Sequence record: ON529852.1
Length of the DNA stretch: 64,000 nt
Reading direction: 5' to 3' (one strand)
Shown: piece by piece, positions 18,553 to 25,506 of the stretch
Layout of the letters: every line of letters starts with the position of its first letter
Position numbering within the stretch: position 1 is the first letter of the stretch
Notes under the pieces: model-generated
Seen by the model: the letters and a program-made list of their open reading frames with translations, nothing else
Told to the model about the DNA's origin: nothing
Databases searched by the model: none
Made by a program: the position numbers and the translations under genes

Positions 18553-18815
18553 CAGGCGCGGTTCGGCGGCGTATACGGCATGGGGCGCAGCCGAGGCTCG
18601 GCGCGCGGATGACTGATTCCGGTCGGCATGATGTTCAATTGCAGCCCGGCGCCCCGACGCAGCAGCATCATGAGATCATGGGCGCGCACCGCCTCGGCCG
18701 GCGCGGCGAATGTCAGTTCGATCAGCACGCGATTGCTGTCGGTGCTGCACGCGGTCGCGATCTGGTCAGGCTCCAGGTCCAGAGCCTGCGTGGGACTGAT
18801 GTTGAGCCGGCTCAT
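18552..18815 (-). CDS. Hypothetical protein (87 aa, MSRLNISP...)
   Basis: ATGA overlap with def stop; only the 3' part of the listed 316-aa ORF is plausible. Confidence 0.6.
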   Translation of the reverse strand: MSRLNISPTQALDLEPDQIATACSTDSNRVLIELTFAAPAEAVRAHDLMMLLRRGAGLQLNIMPTGISHPRAEPRLRPMPYTPPNRA

Positions 18816-19354
18816 GCGCGTGTCATCCGACGCACGTTGTCCTGGTGCTTCTTCAGCAGCATCGCCCGCTTCAGCGACGAGACCCGGTCGATGTTGCGCA
18901 CCCCGTCCAGGTGGTCCATCTCGTGCTGAAGGCAGATGGCCTTGTAACCCTTGCCCGACACGGTCTGCATACGGCCGTGAATGTCCTGGTATTCGACCGT
19001 CACTTCCCGATGCCGTCGCACGCGGAAAAAGACGCCCGGCATGGACAGGCATCCCTCCGGCATCTCGATCATGTCCTCGGACTTGTCGATGAACGTGGGG
19101 TTGATCAGGATCAGTTTGGGGCGATCGACCATGACGTCTTGCACCGGCAGTCCGGTGTCGGGCAGGTCGATCATGGTGAAGATGCGCAAGGGCACGCCGA
19201 CCTGAACGGCGGCGAGCCCCGCGCCCTCGGCCATCAACATGGTGTCGACCATGTCGAAGCAAAGCGCCCGCACCTCGTCGGTGATCTCGAAGACCGTATC
19301 GGAGGGCTTCGTCATCAAGGCGTCGGTGCAGGGAATGATCTGACGCAGGGACAT
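18812..19354 (-). CDS. def: Peptide deformylase
   Basis: GAGLAAVQVG, EGCLS and HEMDH motifs. Confidence 0.97.
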   Translation of the reverse strand: MSLRQIIPCTDALMTKPSDTVFEITDEVRALCFDMVDTMLMAEGAGLAAVQVGVPLRIFTMIDLPDTGLPVQDVMVDRPKLILINPTFIDKSEDMIEMPEGCLSMPGVFFRVRRHREVTVEYQDIHGRMQTVSGKGYKAICLQHEMDHLDGVRNIDRVSSLKRAMLLKKHQDNVRRMTRA

Positions 19355-19587
19355 CAGGGCAGGCTCCCCAGGCCGCCGGCTGCGGACGCCCGCCCATCAC
19401 GCCAACGGCCGACGGCGCTGACCATTCGATCGGCCTGGTCCTCGACGTTTTCCAAGACGTCGATCGCCTGCATGAGCGCCATGCGCGCGTCTTCCAAGTC
19501 AAGGTCCTGGAGTTTGACGATGCGGCCCCGCACCACGACCTGATAGTCGTGGTACGGCGCCCGTTCGGCCGCGACGGAGTCGGACAT
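19354..19587 (-). CDS. Hypothetical protein (77 aa)
   Basis: Coupled ORF. Confidence 0.6.
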   Translation of the reverse strand: MSDSVAAERAPYHDYQVVVRGRIVKLQDLDLEDARMALMQAIDVLENVEDQADRMVSAVGRWRDGRASAAGGLGSLP

Positions 19588-19590
19588 GGG

Positions 19591-19884
19591 TCAGATTTCG
19601 CCGAGCGCGCTCAGGTACAGGTCCAGGATGGCGTCTTCTTCCTGGCGCTTGGCCTTGTCCTGCTTGCGCAGGCGCAGCACCTTACGCAGAATCTTCACGT
19701 CGTAGCCTTCGCCCTTGGCTTCGGCGAAGACTTCCTTCATGTCGACCATGACGGCCTGCTTGTCCTCTTCGAGGCGCTCCAGCCGCTCGATGATCGAGCG
19801 CAGGCGGCCCTGGGCGGAGGCGGTCAGGGCGTCGTCGGCCGACATGGCGTTGGCGGGCTCGACGCCGGGGGTGTTCTCGGACAT
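19591..19884 (-). CDS. gapR: GapR/DUF2312 nucleoid-associated protein
   Basis: LRSIIERLERLEEDK...MKEVFAEAKGEGYDVKILRKVLRLRKQD...EEDAILDLYLSALG. Confidence 0.95.
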   Translation of the reverse strand: MSENTPGVEPANAMSADDALTASAQGRLRSIIERLERLEEDKQAVMVDMKEVFAEAKGEGYDVKILRKVLRLRKQDKAKRQEEDAILDLYLSALGEI

Positions 19885-19909
19885 GGGTCTCTCGGGTTAG
19901 GTCGCCGGT

Positions 19910-20155
19910 TTATCCGGTGACGAGGTAACGAAGGACCGCGAGAAGTTCGCGGTCCGCATCAGGCTGTCGGGCCTTCTGGTCGATAAGGCGCAGGGCGGCG
20001 TTCTTTCGCGCCTGCTTCTTGGCGAGGGGGACGCCGAGCGTTCGCGCCAAGTCGCGCATCTCAGCCTCGTCCACATAGGCGCCAAGGGCGTCGCCGTAGC
20101 GACGGTTGGCGGGGTAGGTGGCGTAGTCCGGGGCCAGCGGCGGGAGGTCGCTCAT
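19910..20155 (-). CDS. Hypothetical protein (81 aa, MSDLPPL...)
   Basis: Coupled ORF. Confidence 0.55.
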   Translation of the reverse strand: MSDLPPLAPDYATYPANRRYGDALGAYVDEAEMRDLARTLGVPLAKKQARKNAALRLIDQKARQPDADRELLAVLRYLVTG

Positions 20156-20331
20156 CACATGTCTCCGCAAGGATCGTGCAGGGTGTCTCCCTGGTCGATG
20201 TCTTCGACGAAGGCGCCGTTCAGGAAGCGGCCCGTCGTGGTCTGGCCGTTGAGCCGCCGCACGACCCGCAACTGATGGTCCAGCCAGTAGTAGGGCACGC
20301 CCCACGCCTCGCGATAGACCGGCTCGGTCAC
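20155..20331 (-). CDS. Hypothetical protein (58 aa, MTEPVYREAWG..., absent from ORF track)
   Basis: GTGA and TGATG overlaps with both neighbours. Confidence 0.55.
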   Translation of the reverse strand: MTEPVYREAWGVPYYWLDHQLRVVRRLNGQTTTGRFLNGAFVEDIDQGDTLHDPCGDM

Positions 20332-20588
20332 GAGTAGGTCGCGCCCGAAGCCCGGACCACCAGGTCGGCGACGGGTTTGCCGTGAGCGACGATCATCTCG
20401 TCGTAGGTGTTGATGTGGAAGCGCATCAGGGCGTTGTCGACCGTCTGCCAGGCATAGGCCTTCCAGGCGTCTCGGGCGTCTTCGCGACGGGTGAAAGACC
20501 CCACGAAGATGATCTTGCGCGGATCGCGGAAGGCTTCCTCGCGGGGGTGGGGGTGCTCGCCCCCATAGACGTAATAGGTGTCAGGCAT
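20328..20588 (-). CDS. DUF4170-like protein
   Basis: YVYGGE...VGSF...DA..AWKA.A..TVDNALMRFHI. Confidence 0.7.
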   Translation of the reverse strand: MPDTYYVYGGEHPHPREEAFRDPRKIIFVGSFTRREDARDAWKAYAWQTVDNALMRFHINTYDEMIVAHGKPVADLVVRASGATYS

Positions 20589-20590
20589 GC

Positions 20591-21478
20591 TTACAAAGTC
20601 ACGATCAGGCGGGGATTGAAGTTCGGGTTCAGTTCATGCCCGACATAGCCGCGAGGATTGCAGATCACGCGGGTTTCTCCGATCTGGTAGTCGCTGCTGT
20701 CATGCATGTGACCATGCACCCACAAGGCGGGCTCCCACTCCAACATCAGCGGCTCCAGCCGCGACGCATAGGCGGGGTTCAGCAGCGAACCCCGATAACG
20801 GGGATGGCTCGACTGCTCCGACGGCGCATGGTGGGAGATCACCACGGTCGGGCCGTCATGCGGGACCCGCAGCGTTTCCGTCAGGAAGAAGCGGCTTTCC
20901 AGATGGAGGCGTCGCGTATCTTCCGCCGTCAGGCGCTGCTGCTGCTTCAGTTCGATCTGCTGATAGTCGTTCATGTCCGACTGGGCATGCCGGATCGACA
21001 AGGGCCAGGTCCCATAGAGATCGAAGTCGGTCCACAAGGTGGAACCGAGGAAACGCACGTCGCCCACATGGACCTGCTCGTTATCCATGACGAAGACGCA
21101 GGCGGGCGCCAGTTCGTCAGCCTTGGCCTTCATCTTCTCGATGTGGCGGTGGTAGCGCCGCTTGCCGTAGAACTCGTGGTTGCCCGGCACATAGAGGCAG
21201 GGGACGTCGGGGAAATGACGCGCCAGCCAGATCACACCGACGACGCCCGTCGCCAGGTCGCCGGCGGCGATGACCACGTCGATCTCATCAGCCGTGGGCG
21301 CCGTCCAGGTGCGCCGGTCCATGCCGCCGAACTCCAGATGGAGGTCCGACAGGATCAGGGCGCGCAACGGCCGTCGTCCGGGCGTTCGCCGCGCCAGGCC
21401 GGCTTCGATGTCAGCCTGCATGTCGGCCGCAGCCGCCACAGTGAACTCCATCTCGGCCTTGCTCCACTCTGTCTCCAT
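20591..21478 (-). CDS. Calcineurin-like metallophosphoesterase
   Basis: SDLHLE, AGD, GNHE, HH, HGHMH motifs; start moved to ATG 21478 so it does not overlap the RNA gene. Confidence 0.92.
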   Translation of the reverse strand: METEWSKAEMEFTVAAAADMQADIEAGLARRTPGRRPLRALILSDLHLEFGGMDRRTWTAPTADEIDVVIAAGDLATGVVGVIWLARHFPDVPCLYVPGNHEFYGKRRYHRHIEKMKAKADELAPACVFVMDNEQVHVGDVRFLGSTLWTDFDLYGTWPLSIRHAQSDMNDYQQIELKQQQRLTAEDTRRLHLESRFFLTETLRVPHDGPTVVISHHAPSEQSSHPRYRGSLLNPAYASRLEPLMLEWEPALWVHGHMHDSSDYQIGETRVICNPRGYVGHELNPNFNPRLIVTL

Positions 21479-21499
21479 CGTGGAGCATCCTTGAAAATC

Positions 21500-21618
21500 T
21501 GGAGCGGGTGGACAGACTCGAACTGCCGCCTCCGGGTTAGCCACCCGGCGCTCCTGGGTCCACGCGAACCCCCGACGATGATTCGCGTGATCATCGTCGG
21601 CCCTAGAGCCTCACCCGC
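21500..21618 (-). ncRNA. tRNA-like RNA (GCT at anticodon position) with two extra hairpins in the D loop
   Basis: GCGGGTG/CACCCGC acceptor + CCA, D stem GCTC/GAGC, CCGGG-TGGCTAA-CCCGG, T arm GGCAG-TTCGAGT-CTGTC; 119 nt. Confidence 0.75.
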
Positions 21619-21856
21619 ATAAGTTGGCAGGAGTTTTCAGATATGGCGAACCATACCCAGGGCGACCCTCCTGCCAGGAACCCCCGTCTCGGTTTCTTTC
21701 ACTGGCCCCGACACGAGCACCTGTCAAAGCCTATCTAGCCGCCAGGCTTGCGGAACGTCACGGGCGATTAGGCGCCTCGGGATGAACAGCGTTGCGGACG
21801 GCGTAGCATCGGCTTGCCGTGATTACTGGCAGACGGCGCCACTGGTGTCAACAATG

Positions 21857-21887
21857 AAAAACGCCCCGACCTTTCGATCGGGGCGTT
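21857..21887 (-). terminator. Intrinsic terminator
   Basis: AACGCCCCGATC-GAAA-GGTCGGGGCG followed by TTTTT. Confidence 0.8.
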
Positions 21888-21889
21888 CT

Positions 21890-22201
21890 TCACAGGTTCG
21901 TCATCCACTGCTTGCGGCAGCGGGTGTGATCCTTCCAGGACTTGCCGCCAGGACGCGACGCCATGAGGTCGTCGTAGGACGAGGGAAGGATCATGCGGCG
22001 CCCACGAGCGCGGTAGAGGCGGTCGTGGGCCTCGCCGGTGTTGCGCCGCCGCTCCTGCATGGTGCGGGGACAGCGGTGCATGTGACGCCAGCGGTGGCGG
22101 AAGCGCCGGCAGCGGTAGGGTTCGCCGGGCTCCAGGTAGAGGACGCGCCAGCCCACGAAGTAGAAGCCGGAGTGGGTGACGCGTTCGAATTGGGGCTTCA
22201 T
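21890..22201 (-). CDS. Basic hypothetical protein (103 aa)
   Basis: GGAGG upstream; LPSSYDD...KSWK...KQW pattern recalled from other phage ORFs. Confidence 0.65.
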   Translation of the reverse strand: MKPQFERVTHSGFYFVGWRVLYLEPGEPYRCRRFRHRWRHMHRCPRTMQERRRNTGEAHDRLYRARGRRMILPSSYDDLMASRPGGKSWKDHTRCRKQWMTNL

Positions 22202-22301
22202 GTCAGCCTCCTGCTAGGTTGAGTACCTAGCGGGTGCTGTATTCCAGGTAGAACTTGATCATGGGATCATCCTAGCCCAAGCGGGGCTGTTCGTCCAGGA
22301 A

Positions 22302-22390
22302 TGGCGGATGGGGCAGGGATCGAACCCGCGTAACCCTTTCGGGTGTCGACCGCTTAGCAAGCGGCTGCCTTACCTCTCGGCCACCCATCC
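22302..22390 (-). tRNA. tRNA-Ser(GCT)
   Basis: CCGC-TTGCTAA-GCGG; long variable arm; CCA. Confidence 0.95.
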
Positions 22391-22397
22391 GGGGTGT

Positions 22398-22482
22398 TGG
22401 CGGTGCGCCAGGGAATCGAACCCTCAACCTTGCGGTCGGCGACGGTTTTCAAGGCCGCTTGTCCCCATGGACGCTGCGCACC
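22398..22482 (-). tRNA. tRNA-Ser(TGA)
   Basis: Loop CTTGAAA; class II; CCA. Confidence 0.9.
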
Positions 22483-22487
22483 GAAGG

Positions 22488-22578
22488 TGGCGGACGGCAC
22501 GCGATTCGAACGCGTGGGACCCAGGGGGTCCGCCTGCCTTCCAAGCAGGTGCCTTAAGCCGGGCTCAGCCAGCCGTCC
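22488..22578 (-). tRNA. tRNA-Ser(GGA)
   Basis: CCTGC-TTGGAAG-GCAGG; class II; CCA. Confidence 0.92.
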
Positions 22579-22583
22579 GGTGT

Positions 22584-22801
22584 TGGTGGAGGCGAGGGGA
22601 TTCGAACCCCCGTAGACGCCGAACCCTCGCATTACCAAGGGCCGATCTCAGGTTTAGAACGCGTGTGCCGCCCTGACCATCTTCCGCAGGCCAGGGGGTC
22701 TATCGTAACGACCCCGTCGATCGGTTGCCTCTGCGTCCCGGATTTACCCGGACCGTTGCTCTGTTCCACGGTGCTCATGCCGAAACCCGAGCGACGCCCC
22801 C
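22584..22801 (-). ncRNA. ssrA: Compact one-piece tmRNA
   Basis: 5' GGGGGCG pairs with 3' CGCCTCC-ACCA giving G3.U70; GGGTTTCGGC D-loop analog; T arm GGGGG-TTCGAAT-CCCCT; internal GCA-start frame 22734..22654. Confidence 0.8.
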
Positions 22802-22810
22802 GTGAAGATA

Positions 22811-22898
22811 TGGAGGATGGTGTGGGATTCGAACCCACGGAACCTTGCGGTCCACCGGTTTTCGAAACCGGCGCGATCGGCCTCTCCGCCAACCATCC
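22811..22898 (-). tRNA. tRNA-Ser(CGA)
   Basis: CCGGT-TTCGAAA-ACCGG; class II; CCA. Confidence 0.93.
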
Positions 22899-22905
22899 AG
22901 AACAG

Positions 22906-23094
22906 TCAGGCCGAGGCCGGACTGTAGTTGTCGATGTCGTCGACCCGGATCGCCGTGCCCGCCGCAATCTGGCGGTCGGCGCTCAACAGTTCGGCGACCA
23001 GGTCGTCGGCCGTGACGGCGGAGCCGGAGGTGGCGAACTTCACGTTCACCAGGCGGCCGTCAGCGAACATCTCGTCGATCGCGGCGCGATCCAT
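22906..23094 (-). CDS. Hypothetical protein inside tRNA array (62 aa, MDRAAIDEMF...)
   Basis: AGAAAGG upstream; fills the gap between tRNA-Ala and tRNA-Ser. Confidence 0.6.
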   Translation of the reverse strand: MDRAAIDEMFADGRLVNVKFATSGSAVTADDLVAELLSADRQIAAGTAIRVDDIDNYSPASA

Positions 23095-23127
23095 GATAGA
23101 CCTTTCTGCCGGCCTCGCCGGCGGTGA

Positions 23128-23198
23128 TGGTGGAGACAGTGGGGCTCGAACCCACCAAGGCTTCCTTGCAAAGGATGCCTGCGCCCTGCGCTGTCCCC
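23128..23198 (-). tRNA. tRNA-Ala(TGC), 3-nt D loop
   Basis: G3.U70; loop TTTGCAA; D arm GCGC-AGG-GCGC. Confidence 0.88.
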
Positions 23199-23235
23199 TT
23201 AGGGGTTGAGTGCCAGCCATGCTGACAATCAGTGT

Positions 23236-23311
23236 TGGTCCTGGCACTCAGATTCGAACTGAGCCATCGTGCTCCACAAACACGCGCCTCCACCGCAGAG
23301 GCTTTACCAGG
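23236..23311 (-). tRNA. tRNA-His(GTG), no G-1, A73
   Basis: CGTGT-TTGTGGA-GCACG; CCTGGTA/TGCCAGG acceptor. Confidence 0.88.
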
Positions 23312-23313
23312 GT

Positions 23314-23401
23314 TGGTCGCGACGACAGGGATCGAACCTGCCCGGCCTTTCGGCCACTACCACCTCAAGGTAGCGCGTCTACCAGACTCCGCCACGTCGC
23401 G
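23314..23401 (-). tRNA. tRNA-Leu(GAG)
   Basis: CTACC-TTGAGGT-GGTAG; class II. Confidence 0.93.
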
Positions 23402-23410
23402 ATCGAATGT

Positions 23411-23496
23411 TGGTGCCCGTCCCCGGACTCGAACCGGGACGCCGCGAGGGCCACGCCTTTTGAGGGCGCTGCGTCTACCTTTCCGTCCAGACGGGC
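23411..23496 (-). tRNA. tRNA-Leu(CAA)
   Basis: GCGCC-CTCAAAA-GGCGT; class II. Confidence 0.93.
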
Positions 23497-23506
23497 AGTT
23501 GAAAAA

Positions 23507-23592
23507 TGGTGCGGGCGAGAGGATTCGAACCTCCCCGGCACAAGGCCACGAGTACCTGAGACTCGCGCGGCTACCAACTTCGCCACGCCCGC
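23507..23592 (-). tRNA. tRNA-Leu(CAG)
   Basis: CGAGT-CTCAGGT-ACTCG; class II. Confidence 0.93.
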
Positions 23593-23596
23593 ATTT

Positions 23597-23678
23597 TGGA
23601 GAACCCTGGTGGAGTCGAACCACTTGCGCCTGGATTAAAAGCCCAATCCCGGCCACCCGGATTTAACGCTCAAGGTCC
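23597..23678 (-). tRNA. tRNA-Lys(TTT), atypical D region
   Basis: TTGGG-CTTTTAA-TCCAG; displaced D hairpin TCCGG-GTGG-CCGGG. Confidence 0.75.
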
Positions 23679-23691
23679 CCTAAAGTTATGT

Positions 23692-23782
23692 TGGTGAACG
23701 TGGTCGGACTCGCACCGACGATGAAGGTTGTAACCTAACGGGATTAAGAGCCCCGGCCTCTCGCTACTGAGGTGACACGTCC
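23692..23782 (-). tRNA. tRNA-Lys(CTT) with long variable arm
   Basis: CGGGG-CTCTTAA-TCCCG; variable AGGT-TACA-ACCT; T loop TGCGAGT. Confidence 0.85.
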
Positions 23783-23818
23783 AAAACTGTTGTTCTTCTC
23801 CTGAAGACTTGATATGGA

Positions 23819-23889
23819 TGGAGCCGGCGGACGGTGTCGAACCGTCCCATGTCCACTACGAAAGGTCAGCCCTGCCACCAGGCGCCGGC
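23819..23889 (-). tRNA. tRNA-Thr(CGT), weak anticodon stem
   Basis: G1-C72/C2-G71 Thr identity; loop TT-CGT-AG with only 3 WC pairs in the stem; ACG occurs three times in leader 2. Confidence 0.65.
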
Positions 23890-23895
23890 GTTGTT

Positions 23896-23966
23896 TGGTG
23901 CCAAGGGAGGGAGTCAAACCCTCGCTGAACCCATACCAAGGGCTCGACCGATCACCCGGCCTTGGC
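23896..23966 (-). tRNA. tRNA-Thr(GGT)
   Basis: AGCCC-TTGGTAT-GGGTT; CCA. Confidence 0.85.
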
Positions 23967-23978
23967 GTTGATGTTAGT

Positions 23979-24053
23979 TGGTCGGAACACCAGGATTCGA
24001 ACCTGGGACCCCTAGCTTCCCGAGCCAGTGCGCTACCGCTGCGCTACATTCCG
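23979..24053 (-). tRNA. tRNA-Pro(GGG)
   Basis: CTGGC-TCGGGAA-GCTAG (C33); CCA. Confidence 0.9.
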
Positions 24054-24062
24054 AGTTGATGA

Positions 24063-24139
24063 TGGTCGGCGAGGGAGGATTCGAACCTCCGATCCCTCCG
24101 ACCCGAACGGAGTGACTTACCAGACTTGCCCACACGCCG
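24063..24139 (-). tRNA. tRNA-Pro(CGG)
   Basis: CTCCG-TTCGGGT-CGGAG; CCA. Confidence 0.93.
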
Positions 24140-24148
24140 ATGGAAACG

Positions 24149-24183
24149 AAAAAAAGGCCCCGGAGGCTTTGCGCCTGGGGCCT
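24149..24183 (-). terminator. Intrinsic terminator (attenuator) 10 nt upstream of tRNA array 2
   Basis: AGGCCCCAGGC-GCAA-AGCCTCCGGGGCC followed by TTTTTTT. Confidence 0.85.
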
Positions 24184-24255
24184 GAAACATCTGCTGTTTT
24201 GGGGTTCAGCAGGTGATCGGCCCCTTAGGGCGCCTCACCTGCTTGGTGCCTGTTG

Positions 24256-24387
24256 TTACAGGAAACCTTCCAGGGAGACGCCACCGGTGGTGGGGGACTT
24301 CGTCGACAGTTTCGGCGCATGCGCGAGCGTCGACAGCGCCGTGGCGGCGGTCGAAAGCGGGCTCAGCTTGTGCGACAAGGTGGTCAC
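24256..24387 (-). CDS. Leader peptide 2, MTTLSHKLSPLSTAATALSTLAHAPKLSTKSPTTGGVSLEGFL
   Basis: GTG start; codons 2-34 are all T/L/S/H/K/P/A, exactly the amino acids of array-2 tRNAs. Confidence 0.82.
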   Translation of the reverse strand: MTTLSHKLSPLSTAATALSTLAHAPKLSTKSPTTGGVSLEGFL

Positions 24388-24440
24388 GATGAAGGTCCAG
24401 TCCGAAGAAGGAGCGCAAGTGCGCTGTGATGAAGTCTGAT

Positions 24441-24469
24441 CTTCTACAGGAAGCTTGAGCGTATGTCAA
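24441..24469 (-). promoter_or_regulatory. Promoter of leader 2 / tRNA array 2
   Basis: TTGACA-17-TAGAAG. Confidence 0.7.
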
Positions 24470-24653
24470 GAACTTCAGAAGAAAAAAAGTTGAGGAGCGA
24501 TGTGTGCGTCCCGCTCGAAACGTCTTGTGCCAGGATCAACGGCAGACGTCAACAGGAAAATGCACGCGCGCGGCCGAGGGGGAGCGGAAGACCGCGCGCG
24601 TGCCGGCAGACCGTCGGGGGACGGGGCCTGGGGTCGTCGGGGGACGGGGAGGG

Positions 24654-24890
24654 TCAGCCGGCGCGGCGCTTGAGCGTCTCGTGCAGCGGCGGATAGGGGA
24701 CCGGGGCGTAGATCACCTCGACCAGGCGAGGGCGGCGGCCGGTGCGGATTTTGGCAGGCAGGGGCACGTTGCGGCGCCGCAGTTCGGCGGCGGCGGCGGC
24801 GCTCGCCAGGGAGCCCGACAGGTAGACGCCGATCAGTTCAGCGACCGTCAGGGTCATCATGCGCTGGGCGCGGGTGGTGTTGTGAGCCAC
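24654..24890 (-). CDS. Hypothetical protein (78 aa)
   Basis: GGAGA upstream. Confidence 0.5.
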   Translation of the reverse strand: MAHNTTRAQRMMTLTVAELIGVYLSGSLASAAAAAELRRRNVPLPAKIRTGRRPRLVEVIYAPVPYPPLHETLKRRAG

Positions 24891-24989
24891 GAGGGTCTCT
24901 CCATCTGGATGTGATCCAGGCGAGAGACACGGGCGCGCGCTAGGCGGCCGCGAAGGGTCTCCGTCCTGGAAGTTACCAGATGCGAGAGA

Positions 24990-25181
24990 TTAGTCGGAGG
25001 GCTTGGCCCCGAAGACCGAGGCGATCGCCGTCAAAGCCTTCTTGACCCGGTTGGGTCGTTGGGTCAGCGCCGAGGCGCAGACCTTCTTGATTTCGTCAAG
25101 GGTGAGCGAGGCCGGGTCACGCAGGCCGCGCGCGGCGATCGAGCCGACGCTGGCGGAGGTGACTTCGGTGGTGGTGCTCAT
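24990..25181 (-). CDS. Hypothetical protein (63 aa)
   Basis: GAGG upstream; directly after tRNA-Asp. Confidence 0.65.
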   Translation of the reverse strand: MSTTTEVTSASVGSIAARGLRDPASLTLDEIKKVCASALTQRPNRVKKALTAIASVFGAKPSD

Positions 25182-25191
25182 GGAAAACCTC

Positions 25192-25266
25192 TGGCGAGTC
25201 CAAGGGGAGTTGAACCCCTCTCTCCACCGTGACAGGGTGGTGTCCTAACCGATAGACGATGGACCC
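25192..25266 (-). tRNA. tRNA-Asp(GTC)
   Basis: CCACC-CTGTCAC-GGTGG; CCA. Confidence 0.95.
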
Positions 25267-25297
25267 GTATCAGAGGGTCGATCCGCAGGAAGATGCT

Positions 25298-25375
25298 TGG
25301 AAGGGCGCCGGAGACTCGAACTCCGCTCACTTGGTTGAAAGCCAAGTATCCTGCAAACCGCTAGACGAGCGCCCC
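25298..25375 (-). tRNA. tRNA-Glu(TTC)
   Basis: CTTGG-CTTTCAA-CCAAG; CCA. Confidence 0.92.
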
Positions 25376-25409
25376 ATAAAGCACAGGGCGTCGAACACGA
25401 GAGCCGCGA

Positions 25410-25475
25410 TTAGGCGGCGGTCGTATCTCGGCCCTGGAAGGCCTCTCGTTCGTAGCTGGTCAGACGGTAGGTCAT
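25410..25475 (-). CDS. Possible leader peptide 3, MTYRLTSYEREAFQGRDTTAA
   Basis: ATG 6 nt after TTGACA-17-TACAAG; precedes Glu/Asp tRNAs. Confidence 0.45.
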   Translation of the reverse strand: MTYRLTSYEREAFQGRDTTAA

Positions 25476-25506
25476 TTGTCGCTTGTATCAGAACTGTCGG
25501 TGGGTG

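Noticed and set aside
21479-21544. N-terminal extension of the metallophosphoesterase to 21544
   Set aside because: It overlaps the tRNA-like RNA; ATG 21478 has an SD-like GGA upstream.
23819-23889. Reading this tRNA as Arg(TCG) or Glu(TTC)
   Set aside because: Those registers give U37 or almost no stem. The CGT register gives U33/A37, Thr acceptor identity, and matches ACG codons in leader 2.
24206-24469. 87-aa ORF MTYAQASC... from the ORF track
   Set aside because: Its ATG lies in the -35 box of the promoter. The codon-biased GTG frame (24387..24256) is the better-supported ORF.
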